A stretch of 64,000 nt of DNA from Hufsiella ginkgonis (lineage in GTDB: Bacteria; Bacteroidota; Bacteroidia; Sphingobacteriales; Sphingobacteriaceae). Both the position numbers and the translations under genes were made by a program. The stretch's first letter is position 1. Each line of letters begins with the position of its first letter. This document shows positions 51,301 through 60,234 of this stretch, in pieces. The stretch covers positions 589,988 through 653,987 of the forward strand of contig NZ_WVHS01000003.1 of assembly GCF_009834915.1 (NCBI RefSeq), in the 5' to 3' direction. The notes under the pieces were generated by a model. It saw nothing but the letters and a program-made list of their open reading frames with translations. It did not search any database and had not been told where the DNA came from.

Positions 51301-51546
51301 ACCGTGGAAGAAGGCGGTTTCAAGGTCCTTTCGGTCAAAGACAACGGGATAGGAATGTCGCCCTACAGCCTGACCAAAATTTTTGATATGTACGGCAGGC
51401 TGAACCAGGATGCCGAGGGCCAGGGTATCGGTCTGTACCTGGCAAAAAAAATCATCAATGCAGCAAACGGGGAAATACTTGTTGAAAGTGAGCCGGGAAA
51501 AGGCAGTTTGTTTACGATACGTTTCAGCGAAAGAGCAGCGAGTTAA
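48352..51546 (+). CDS. CheB methylesterase - CheR methyltransferase - coiled-coil - PAS - HisKA - HATPase fusion protein (1064 aa)
   Basis: N-terminus [18 protein letters not shown]...[12 protein letters not shown] (CheB catalytic). CheR region ...[21 protein letters not shown] (SAM-binding). Heptad region [45 protein letters not shown]. PAS ([14 protein letters not shown]...). HisKA ([13 protein letters not shown]). HATPase ([10 protein letters not shown]). Confidence 0.9.
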   Translation: [1064 protein letters not shown]

Positions 51547-51677
51547 CAATTGATATGATCGTAGCGCAGTACAGGCGCCGGCCAGCGTTCGAAAGACATG
51601 GAAAGTATAGTACTGCTTGAATTACAGAACTTTATTTCGTTTATGTTACAATAAGGCTTCAGATCAGCGCTTGTATC

Positions 51678-51911
51678 CTAACTTGTTTGATCATGTCCCT
51701 GGGTTTTCACAATCTTATTATAGATCCCGAAAAGCAAAAAGGGAGCCGCCCATTGCCCGACGAATAAGGCGTTATGTTTCGAACCGAGGCATTTCAGTGC
51801 GAGCGATGTGCCCATAGCCGCCAACGATGCCCATAGGAATACGTCTGACGGGATTTTTGCTGTTTGCTGTTCAATTGTTTCGGCGACTTTGCCTTCTGTG
51901 AAGTTTTCCAT
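51678..51911 (-). CDS. Hypothetical small membrane protein (77 aa)
   Basis: One or two predicted TM helices (FLWASLAAMGTSLAL..., AAPFLLFGIY); intergenic location; no family assignment. Confidence 0.4.
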   Translation of the reverse strand: MENFTEGKVAETIEQQTAKIPSDVFLWASLAAMGTSLALKCLGSKHNALFVGQWAAPFLLFGIYNKIVKTQGHDQTS

Positions 51912-52210
51912 AGTGTGTTTGTTTGTTTGTTAGTTGTAATTATTAGATGATCGTTTCTCGTGTACACTACAGCGATGTAATGCTATTTTTTAACAGGGAG
52001 GACAGCCCGCTGTTCGATAGGGAAGTACGCGATCTGATGGCGACGATTACGCCTTTTTTGGCGAAAAAGTAGCGTTGTGCGCCAGGTATTACGGAATTAA
52101 TTCGGCTAGCATCGGTAAGTACGCATTCTTTTGGTGTTTCCCCGCAATTCGGAGATCTTCCGAAACAACCCTTGAACCGGCATGGTTGCTTAGTAAAATC
52201 AAAACGTGTA

Positions 52211-52354
52211 ATGGGAAAAGGAGATAAAAAATCGAAAAAGGGAAAAATCGTATCCAAAACATTCGGTAAAAGGCGCCTTCGGGTAAAAAAAATGGATTCA
52301 TCTGCTAAAAGTACGGGTGGGGAAGAAGTGACTAAGCCTGTTAGTGCTTCGTAA
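52211..52354 (+). CDS. Putative 30S ribosomal protein bTHX (small basic protein)
   Basis: MGKGDKKSKKGKIVSKTFGKRRLRVKK... matches the THX signature GKGD..t..GK....tyGk.Rpr; very basic, 47 aa from this ATG. Confidence 0.5.
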   Translation: MGKGDKKSKKGKIVSKTFGKRRLRVKKMDSSAKSTGGEEVTKPVSAS

Positions 52355-52546
52355 GTTGGTGAAACGCCCGTTTCGGAGCGCACATTAAAAAAACAAGCCG
52401 GGCTTATTTCGTTTTCGATGTTTAGGTAAGGGCTAAAGATGCGCGTGCGTGCTTATGATCTGGCTATTGTAGATATTGATAGTTTTTGTTCCGGCGGTCC
52501 GCTGAATCCAATCATGAATAGCAGATTTTGATTCGTGCAGTGAATT

Positions 52547-53359
52547 GTGCAATTTATGGCCATGTTGGCACTAACAAAAGGGAGGTATTTAGGCGCTGTA
52601 AGCAGTACAATTTCGGCAAATGGCGTGCTGATCGGAATTACCGATTACCACGCTGACCAGGGTATAAGCCCGATGCACTACCACGAAAACCCTCATTTAA
52701 GTTTTGTGCTTAAAGGGAGGATGTCAGTAAAAAGAAGAGATTTTGCAGGTTCTGGTCAGGCACTGGAATCTTTTTCGTTTATGCGCGCTGGGGAAGTACA
52801 CCAGAACTCGATTCATAGCATTCACTGTAAAAACATGAATCTGGAGCTGGAACCGGAATTTTTTGACAGGTATGGCGTCAGGGAAAATGACGTCGCTCCC
52901 AAACTATTGAAAGACCGGCCAGGCGCCGTACTGCTGATGGTCCGGCTTTACAAAGAATTATCGTTAGCGGATGAGCATACGGCCGATTCGGTACATCTAT
53001 TACTGCTGGATGCTGCCTCCGGCTGGAAAACGGATATACTATATTTTCCTCCCTGGGTGAACACGGTTCGGGAACTGCTGAACGACCGCTGGAATGACCA
53101 GGTTACTTTGAATGAGATCGCTATAGCGGCAGGAGTACACCCGGTTACAGTATCTAAATATTTCACACGTTATTTCGGCGTAGGATTCGGTGAATACCGG
53201 CGAAAGCTAAAAGTGGAAAGAGCAATTCAAATGATCAGTACAGGACATATACCGCTCACCGAAGTGAGTTATGCCTGTGGCTTTTTTGATCAAAGCCATT
53301 TTATCAGGGCGTTCAAAGATTTCACCGCAATGCGGCCTACAGATTTCAGAAAAGTCTGA
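52547..53359 (+). CDS. AraC-family transcriptional regulator (cupin-like N-terminus + HTH_18)
   Basis: C-terminal LNEIAIAAGVHPVTVSKYFTRYFGVGFGEYRRKLKVERAIQMI...ACGFFDQSHFIRAFK. Confidence 0.85.
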   Translation: MQFMAMLALTKGRYLGAVSSTISANGVLIGITDYHADQGISPMHYHENPHLSFVLKGRMSVKRRDFAGSGQALESFSFMRAGEVHQNSIHSIHCKNMNLELEPEFFDRYGVRENDVAPKLLKDRPGAVLLMVRLYKELSLADEHTADSVHLLLLDAASGWKTDILYFPPWVNTVRELLNDRWNDQVTLNEIAIAAGVHPVTVSKYFTRYFGVGFGEYRRKLKVERAIQMISTGHIPLTEVSYACGFFDQSHFIRAFKDFTAMRPTDFRKV

Positions 53360-53437
53360 GCGGCGCTAAGTTCATCCTATTTCGGTGTTACCCGGCCGTC
53401 TATCTTTACCTTCAAGATATCATATACATCGGCACGC

Positions 53438-55177
53438 ATGAAAACAATCACGCTAAGCTTTCTTATTTCCCTGTTGGGCGTAACACAACTGTTCGCGCAG
53501 GAGCAAAAGGGATTTATAACAAAAGGTATAACCTTAAGCGCAAAGATCGCATCGGGACAAAAGCACCTTTATAAAGTTAAGCTTGATGGAGAGCAGTTCG
53601 CCTTTCTCCAAGTGATGCAGAAAGGCGCTGACGTCAAGATCACTACATTTGACCTGGAGGGAAATAAAACAGAAGAGACAGACAGTCCCAATGGGATCAG
53701 GGGCCCTGAATATGTAATGCTGCGTTCTTCGGCAAAAGGCGATTACCGGGTAGAGATCGAGGGGCTCGGCACTAACGGGCCCGCCGCAACATACGAGCTT
53801 ACACTTAAAATAGTCAGGCCGAAAGCGGTCACCACGGGTCAGAAAATAGATGAGATTTTCCTGCCCTGGGACAACCAGCAATCGCCGGCAGCTGCTGTTG
53901 CTGTCTTTAAAGGGGGCAAAATCCTTTATCAGAAAGGATATGGGATGGCCAATCTGGAAAATCATATTCGCAATGCTCCATCCACCATGTTCCATATCGC
54001 TTCTATCACTAAAACATTTACCGGTTATGGGGTGCTGCTACTGGAAAAGCAGGGAAAGCTGAGCCTGGATGAAGACATCCGTAAATACCTGCCTGAAGTT
54101 CCCGATTTTGGCCATAAGATCAGTCTGCGCCAATTGTTGCAGCATACCAGCGGGATCAGGACGTTTGAAAGCCTGGCGGCCATGTCGGGATATGAAATCC
54201 ATAGCAAGCTGCCTTTTTTTAAACTCATCAGCCGTCAGCGCGATCTCAATTTTTTGCCCGGCGCTGAGTATGATTATTCCAACACCGGTTTCGTACTGCT
54301 TGCCGCGGTGATAGAGCGGGTATCCGGTATGTCGTATGTAGCGTTTGTACAAGAACACATTTTTAAGCCGCTAAAGATGGCGGTAACCGTGTTTCAGGAT
54401 GACGATGGCAAACTGGTACCTGGTGTTGCAGATTCCTACGAGCCTGGGGAGGACGGACCTAAAAAATTATATGTGGTAAACGATTTGGTAGGATCGACCG
54501 GTATAATTACTAACGTCAGTGATCTTGGCCGCTGGGCGTTACACCTGCTAAAACCGGGAGCGGATGCCGATATCGTCCGAAAAATGAGTACACCCGGAAA
54601 ATTAAACGATGGAAGACTGACGGAGTACGGCCTCGGCCTTGCTATCGCAAACTACAAAGGGCATAAAGAAATCGGGCATTCGGGAGCGGAGGGAGGATTC
54701 AAGGCCCATATGAGTGTTTTTCCTGATGATGATCTGGTCGTGATCGTACTTGCTAATGCGTCAGATATATATTCCAGGCCTGTCGCCAGGCAGATCGCAG
54801 ATATTTATTTAAAGCCGAAAAAGGAGGTTGCCGCACCTGCCTCACCAGCACAGCCATCGTCTCCGGCGCAGGCTAAACCTGCCGATATCGTAGCCGTTGA
54901 CAGCGCAAAGGCAGACCTGACGGAATATGCAGGCACTTACTACAGTGACGAGCTGGAAACCGCTTATCAAATCAGCATTATAAATGGCAAACTGACCGCT
55001 CAGCATGTCTTTTTAAAAAATATTGAGTTTAGCCCCGACAGCCGGGACGTATTTATTATGGATGGATGGAATGGGAAAGTAGATTTCGTAAGGGACGATC
55101 AGCAAGGGATCAAGGGTTGTAAATTTTCTTATAATCGAATGCGGAACTTGTATTTCAGAAAGGTTGATAGATGGTAA
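53438..55177 (+). CDS. Secreted serine hydrolase, beta-lactamase/transpeptidase-like (class C fold) with extra C-terminal domain
   Basis: Signal peptide; SxxK motif in FHIASITKTFT; YSN-like (YDYSNTGF); about 580 aa with a C-terminal beta-rich extension. Confidence 0.85.
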   Translation: MKTITLSFLISLLGVTQLFAQEQKGFITKGITLSAKIASGQKHLYKVKLDGEQFAFLQVMQKGADVKITTFDLEGNKTEETDSPNGIRGPEYVMLRSSAKGDYRVEIEGLGTNGPAATYELTLKIVRPKAVTTGQKIDEIFLPWDNQQSPAAAVAVFKGGKILYQKGYGMANLENHIRNAPSTMFHIASITKTFTGYGVLLLEKQGKLSLDEDIRKYLPEVPDFGHKISLRQLLQHTSGIRTFESLAAMSGYEIHSKLPFFKLISRQRDLNFLPGAEYDYSNTGFVLLAAVIERVSGMSYVAFVQEHIFKPLKMAVTVFQDDDGKLVPGVADSYEPGEDGPKKLYVVNDLVGSTGIITNVSDLGRWALHLLKPGADADIVRKMSTPGKLNDGRLTEYGLGLAIANYKGHKEIGHSGAEGGFKAHMSVFPDDDLVVIVLANASDIYSRPVARQIADIYLKPKKEVAAPASPAQPSSPAQAKPADIVAVDSAKADLTEYAGTYYSDELETAYQISIINGKLTAQHVFLKNIEFSPDSRDVFIMDGWNGKVDFVRDDQQGIKGCKFSYNRMRNLYFRKVDRW

Positions 55178-55201
55178 CAAATCTTACGGATACTTAGCTA
55201 T

Positions 55202-55825
55202 TTAGCCGATCCATTTATTGCTGCCGGCGATCTTTAAGGCTTCCGCTTTGCTGTTGACGGCCAGTTTCTGGTAAATGTTCTTGATATGGCTGCGCACGGT
55301 TTCTTTACTGATAAAGAGATCAACGGCGATCTTCGTATAGCTTTTACCCTCGGCAATTCCCCGGAGTACAGCGGTTTCCCGTTCGGAGAGCGGAGAACCC
55401 TGCAGACGGGTAAACGACTGTACCACCATTTTGGCGATGCTGAGGCTCATAGGCGCGCCGCCCGCAAAAGCCTCGGCCATGTTTTGAACGATTTGGTCGG
55501 CATCAGAGTTCTTGACGATATAACCGCCGGCGCCTGCGCATAGCGAGCGAAACACTTTATCGCTATCCTCCAGCACGGTAATAATCAGCACGATACACTC
55601 AGGAAGCAGTTTTTTGAGGCGCTGCGTCCCTTCGATGCCATCGATCCCGGGTAATTCGATGTCCATTAGGACGAGGTCGGGCGCATCACCGGCGACCCGC
55701 TTTAAGGCTTCCTCGCAGCTGCCATATTGCCCGGCCAGCCGGTAGCCCGGGGTATGCTCGATCACGGCGGCAAAGCCTTCGCGAATCTTACTGTTGTCTT
55801 CAATGATCGTAATGCTTTTTTCCAT
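55202..55825 (-). CDS. Response regulator, NarL/LuxR family
   Basis: REC (ITIIEDNSKIREGF...LVLMDIELPGIDG) plus HTH_LuxR (LSERETAVLRGIAEGKSYTKIAVDLFISKETVRSHIKNIYQKL). Confidence 0.9.
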   Translation of the reverse strand: MEKSITIIEDNSKIREGFAAVIEHTPGYRLAGQYGSCEEALKRVAGDAPDLVLMDIELPGIDGIEGTQRLKKLLPECIVLIITVLEDSDKVFRSLCAGAGGYIVKNSDADQIVQNMAEAFAGGAPMSLSIAKMVVQSFTRLQGSPLSERETAVLRGIAEGKSYTKIAVDLFISKETVRSHIKNIYQKLAVNSKAEALKIAGSNKWIG

Positions 55826-55827
55826 TC

Positions 55828-57225
55828 TTACAGTTCAATAACGGGGTTCACCCATACGGTGATCCCGATGCAGGTACCCCGCGGTTGTTTAGATAACGAA
55901 AAGCCGAAGCCGTTCCTGAGGCAGCGCCGTTCCATATTGGCCAGGCCGTAATGTTTCGTGCCGGCATCCGCTTCCTTCCAGGTGCCATTGTCCTTTAATG
56001 CATAAACGACACTGCCAGGAGGGCAGTTCATGGTTAATTCCACTTCAGTAGCGCCTGAATGCTTGATGACGTTGGTCATCGCCTCTTTAAAAATAAACAG
56101 CACATTAAGTGCCGCGGTAGGGTCCAATTGCTGCAAATGGCAACTTTCGGTTTTAGAAGAAAAAGCGATATCGAATTGATTATAATAACGTTGCCCGTAA
56201 CCGGTCAGGTAGCCGAATAATTCCTGCGGGTCGTCGCTGTCATGGTTCAGGTGCCATAAGAAATCCTTACTGCTGGCATAAAGCGCGTTGCTGTTCTGGA
56301 TGATGCTATGAACGATTGGCTGTACTTCATGTTCCTGACTCAATTTTAGTTTTAAAAGCGAAGCTTGCCGGGTGATCGCCGCGAGCACGTTACCGGTCTC
56401 ATCATGAAAATCGGTAGCGATATTCTCGCGCATGCTATTCAGTTGCTCGGTACGCCGTTTTACGGCTTCATCCAGCAGGCCGATCTTCTGTTCCTGCAGG
56501 GCTCGGAACCTGGCCCGGTCTTTTTCCTGGTCAATCTGCAGGTAGGCCAGGAAGCCGCCGAAGAAGAGGGTAATGAGACCATTCATGCCTAAGGCATAGA
56601 AGGGGCCGCCCAATATCGACCCGACGGGCGGCGGCAGCCCGGCATGCAGCGTCCGGTAGTATAGAAATCCGAGTAGCCCCAGGTTACCGAAGATGGCCCA
56701 CCAGCCCCATCTTTTGTCTACCCAGATCGAAACCAGCAGGTACATATGAATAATGGCCACATTCGGGGAATAGATCAGTCCGGAATCGGCGACGAAATCG
56801 TACATGATCCAGTAGCAGGCCAGCGCTGATATCGTCATCGGGATGCGGTAATGGCCCCAGGCACGGATAGATATCAATACAAAGACGTTGAGCAAATCAT
56901 TGACCAGGTAACCTGTGATGGGTTTACCCATGTAATAGACAAAGATGGGGAACAGGAGCATCAGGGGTAAAGCGATCAGCGCGGAACTGACGATCACACG
57001 GAACTCCTGGTAACGCGGGTGGGTGTTGTTGTCCCGCAGTTCCGCGGGCATACAGTAATTAACGGCATCGTCGAACGTCATCAGGCTAAGATAGTCATTC
57101 AGGTATTTCAAGCGTGTTTGGTGATCAAAATACCGCAAATTGGGGGATTGCCGGAGCCGTGAATGGCCATTAATTTTGTAAACAGGCGGGAGCTCACCGG
57201 AAAGAGCCGACCATGAGCTTGCCAA
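55828..57225 (-). CDS. Membrane sensor histidine kinase, HisKA_3 (NarX/DesK-like) type, cognate to the downstream response regulator
   Basis: Multi-TM N-terminal region, coiled coil, H-box DFHDETGNVLAAI, HATPase_c C-terminus; 2-bp gap to the regulator gene. Confidence 0.85.
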   Translation of the reverse strand: MASSWSALSGELPPVYKINGHSRLRQSPNLRYFDHQTRLKYLNDYLSLMTFDDAVNYCMPAELRDNNTHPRYQEFRVIVSSALIALPLMLLFPIFVYYMGKPITGYLVNDLLNVFVLISIRAWGHYRIPMTISALACYWIMYDFVADSGLIYSPNVAIIHMYLLVSIWVDKRWGWWAIFGNLGLLGFLYYRTLHAGLPPPVGSILGGPFYALGMNGLITLFFGGFLAYLQIDQEKDRARFRALQEQKIGLLDEAVKRRTEQLNSMRENIATDFHDETGNVLAAITRQASLLKLKLSQEHEVQPIVHSIIQNSNALYASSKDFLWHLNHDSDDPQELFGYLTGYGQRYYNQFDIAFSSKTESCHLQQLDPTAALNVLFIFKEAMTNVIKHSGATEVELTMNCPPGSVVYALKDNGTWKEADAGTKHYGLANMERRCLRNGFGFSLSKQPRGTCIGITVWVNPVIEL

Positions 57226-57292
57226 GTATCAAATCGTTATACGACAAATTGATTCCTGGTATCGCGTTGTGCCAGTCAAGCCATGTTTACCT

Positions 57293-58588
57293 ATGAAAAA
57301 ACTATTACTCATTTTACTGATCTTAAGTGTAGGGTTATCCAGCTGTAAAAAAAGCCGGGATAAGATACAGCCGTTAGCCGCAAAGGGTAGCATCTCCGGG
57401 GTCGTCAGGCCGTCCGTTTCGGTTACCGGTGTAACGGCGAGCGCTACGATTAACGGCCAACCCGTAACGTATAACACCACAATTGAAGCTTCCGGTGCAT
57501 TTAAGTTCCCCGAAGTGACCGAAGGGGTATATATGATCAACTTTCTTCCTACGCCAGGCTATGCAGTAAGCAGCCGGAGCGTTACCGTAACAGCCGGGCA
57601 AAATACCGATATGGGGAATATTAACTTTTCCCTGGCAGCGGGCGGTATCAGCGGTACGTTCAGCCCGGCAGGATTGGCCACCTCCATGATCATCACCTAC
57701 ACCTCAGGCAGCACCTATACCTCTACGTTTTGGAACAGCGTCAACAGTTCAGGCGTCATCAAAGCAGAATATCTGCAGGTGGGCACTTATATCGTCAGCT
57801 TTTCGGATGTACCGGGTTATGTGACCCCGACAAGCCAAACGATTACGGTGACGAACGGGCAGACGACCGACCTGGGCACGATAATTTTTCAAAAGGCGAG
57901 CGCCGCCAGTATCAGCGGCACGGTAACTCCCGCAAGTGCGGCGGCCAGTATTACGGTATCCCGCATGAGATTTTTATTCAACGGCGCGCTTCCAGCCCAG
58001 ACCTACACGGCAACACCGGATGGCAGCGGGCATTTCACCGTGGCCGGCCTGGATGCCGCCTATTATTATGATATTGCGGTTACCCCGGTCGCAGGCAATG
58101 GTTTAAATGCGCCTAACAAGATCCGCATATTTCTGCCGAGCGGACAGGATGTGGATCTGGGCAGCCTGGAGCAAACCACTATTCCGCCGCCATACCCGCT
58201 TTCGTATAACCAGGATGGCGCCCTGATCAACACAACCCTTATTACCGGCAGCTACGCAGCTGGTAAGCTGACCTTGACGCAGGCCGCGACCATAAGTGGC
58301 AATAGCAATAACATTACCCTTGTATTGAATAAGGTGACCGGGGCAGGCGATTATCCCTGTAACGGAACCACAGGATCAAGAATAACCCTGCAGACCACCT
58401 ATTCTTCTTCTGATCCCCTGGATTGGGAAAGCAATGCCCCTGGCGGAGACGGCCTTATCAAGATCACCGCATTCGATCAGATTCATCAAACGGTTTCGGG
58501 CACTTTCACGGCTAATTTAGCGCGTGGCGCCATCGTTAAAAAGATCACTAACGGAACTTTTGTTAATCTGCATTATAGTAAACCCTGA
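57293..58588 (+). CDS. Lipoprotein with three tandem roughly 85-aa carboxypeptidase-regulatory-like (beta-sandwich) repeats plus a C-terminal domain
   Basis: Lipobox LLILSVGLSSCKK. Three repeats begin SISGVVRPS..., GISGTFSPAG... and SISGTVTPAS..., each ending ...G(Q)xTDxGxIxF. Low-complexity, Thr/Ser/Gly-rich. Confidence 0.7.
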   Translation: MKKLLLILLILSVGLSSCKKSRDKIQPLAAKGSISGVVRPSVSVTGVTASATINGQPVTYNTTIEASGAFKFPEVTEGVYMINFLPTPGYAVSSRSVTVTAGQNTDMGNINFSLAAGGISGTFSPAGLATSMIITYTSGSTYTSTFWNSVNSSGVIKAEYLQVGTYIVSFSDVPGYVTPTSQTITVTNGQTTDLGTIIFQKASAASISGTVTPASAAASITVSRMRFLFNGALPAQTYTATPDGSGHFTVAGLDAAYYYDIAVTPVAGNGLNAPNKIRIFLPSGQDVDLGSLEQTTIPPPYPLSYNQDGALINTTLITGSYAAGKLTLTQAATISGNSNNITLVLNKVTGAGDYPCNGTTGSRITLQTTYSSSDPLDWESNAPGGDGLIKITAFDQIHQTVSGTFTANLARGAIVKKITNGTFVNLHYSKP

Positions 58589-58614
58589 TTTAGCGGCACT
58601 TGGATGATCGATTT

Positions 58615-60234
58615 TTATACTGCCGGACCCGGCAGCGCTACGGTAAAGGTCGATCCCATTCCCGGTTGGCTGGTCAGCGTAATGCTGCCATTTAGTATTT
58701 CCAATTGTGTTTTCACCATAAAAAGCCCCATGCCTCGCCCGTCTACCGACGGGTCGAAACGTTTATAAAGCCCAAAAAGCTCGCCACGGGTCTTCTCTAC
58801 GTCAATGCCCTTGCCGTTATCGGTAAAAGAAAGGTATACCTGCCCGTTCGTCAGGCTGCTCCTGATGAAAAGATCCGGGATCGCTTCAGGTCGCCTAAAG
58901 CGGATGGCGTTTTGGATGAGGTTATGAAATACGCTGTACAGGGATTTTTGTATAGAAATCACACTTCCGGCCGCCGAAAAGTCGTAACGGATACTGGCGT
59001 TTTCCCGGTCGATCAGCGGACCCAGGCTAAGCTTGCATTCTTCGACTAACTGCTTAAAGGAAATGTTCGTTACCTCATCACAATCCGGCTGGCTTACATG
59101 CAGGATATTGTTCAGATCGATCACGATACTGTCAAGGTCGCGGGTGACGCCTGTAAGGGCACTCATCATTTCGGCGCTTTCCTCTTCGTCGAGGTCGAGA
59201 TCCCTGAAAAGATAACAGATTCCAAGTATACTGGATACCGGAGGTCTCAGGCTGTGGGAAACGATATAAGTAAATTGTTCCAGCGTACTGTTACGCCTGA
59301 TAAGATCAGCGATAACGCGGTCCCGCTCAAGCGCGGCCTGTTTCCGTTCATTAATATCGGTTACCGAAAAGAGCAGGCCGTGGTTGGTACCCTCTGCGTC
59401 GGAGATCCCGGAAAAGCTGACACAAAACCAGCGGAACGAGCCGTCGCGCTGCGGGTAACTCGTCTCATATTCAACCGGCACGCCGTGCATGGCTGTATTC
59501 ATCAGTTCTTCTATCTTATCCTGCCTTGAACGGGGAAAATAGCCTGGCCCGTAAGTGTTTTCTGCCAGCTGCTTCTGGAACTGTTCACCGGAATGGTCCG
59601 CCGCCTGCCTGTTGAATGCCGTTACCTTCAATTGCTGGTCCATAAGGACGTAACCTGTAACAGTATTGTCGAAAATGGTCTGGAGATTGGCTTCCGATTT
59701 CCGGAGCAGTAGTTCCGCTTCTTTCTGCCCGGTTAACCGGCGGATGACCTCCGCGGTTTTTTCCTCCACGCGACGTTCCAGCTCACTGTTCAGTTCATTG
59801 ACCCGGGCCTCTGCGAGTTTGCGCAGCTCGATCTCCGCCTGCAGCTCACCGGAAGATTTCATGGAAAAGGCCAGCGGAAGGACGCCGACCAAATGGTATA
59901 TAGTTGCCCAGCTCACCACCGCGGTTATGAACCTGATCAGCGCGCTCAACCGGTATGCCGGGTACCAGAAGGAGAGGGCATCCAGCAGGTGAGTAGTGCC
60001 GCAAGCCATAATAAAGATGGCGAAGAGAATGTAAAGCCGGAGAAAGCGGGCTTGGCTCTTCTTGGTAATGAACCTGACGATAACCAGCGATATGGTGAAA
60101 TAAGCCGACCAGGTCAGCAGGTCGCTGGCGATATAAAGCCATCCATGGAACGCCGACCACCTGCCGCAGTGCCAGCGTGAGGGCCAGTCAGAAGCATCTA
60201 AAAGATGTTTAAAGAAATCGGTTACCTGTTCCAT
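58615..60234 (-). CDS. Membrane-anchored PAS sensor histidine kinase
   Basis: N-terminal TM helices (MEQVTDFFKHLLDASDWPSRWHCGRW...), coiled coil, PAS, HisKA (VSHSLRPPVSS), HATPase_c (GMGLFMVKTQ). Confidence 0.85.
   Translation of the reverse strand: MEQVTDFFKHLLDASDWPSRWHCGRWSAFHGWLYIASDLLTWSAYFTISLVIVRFITKKSQARFLRLYILFAIFIMACGTTHLLDALSFWYPAYRLSALIRFITAVVSWATIYHLVGVLPLAFSMKSSGELQAEIELRKLAEARVNELNSELERRVEEKTAEVIRRLTGQKEAELLLRKSEANLQTIFDNTVTGYVLMDQQLKVTAFNRQAADHSGEQFQKQLAENTYGPGYFPRSRQDKIEELMNTAMHGVPVEYETSYPQRDGSFRWFCVSFSGISDAEGTNHGLLFSVTDINERKQAALERDRVIADLIRRNSTLEQFTYIVSHSLRPPVSSILGICYLFRDLDLDEEESAEMMSALTGVTRDLDSIVIDLNNILHVSQPDCDEVTNISFKQLVEECKLSLGPLIDRENASIRYDFSAAGSVISIQKSLYSVFHNLIQNAIRFRRPEAIPDLFIRSSLTNGQVYLSFTDNGKGIDVEKTRGELFGLYKRFDPSVDGRGMGLFMVKTQLEILNGSITLTSQPGMGSTFTVALPGPAV

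Noticed and set aside
51967-52383. 138-aa minus-strand ORF covering the putative bTHX gene
   Set aside because: No family resemblance. It overlaps a plus-strand ORF with a specific ribosomal-protein signature. Likely spurious.
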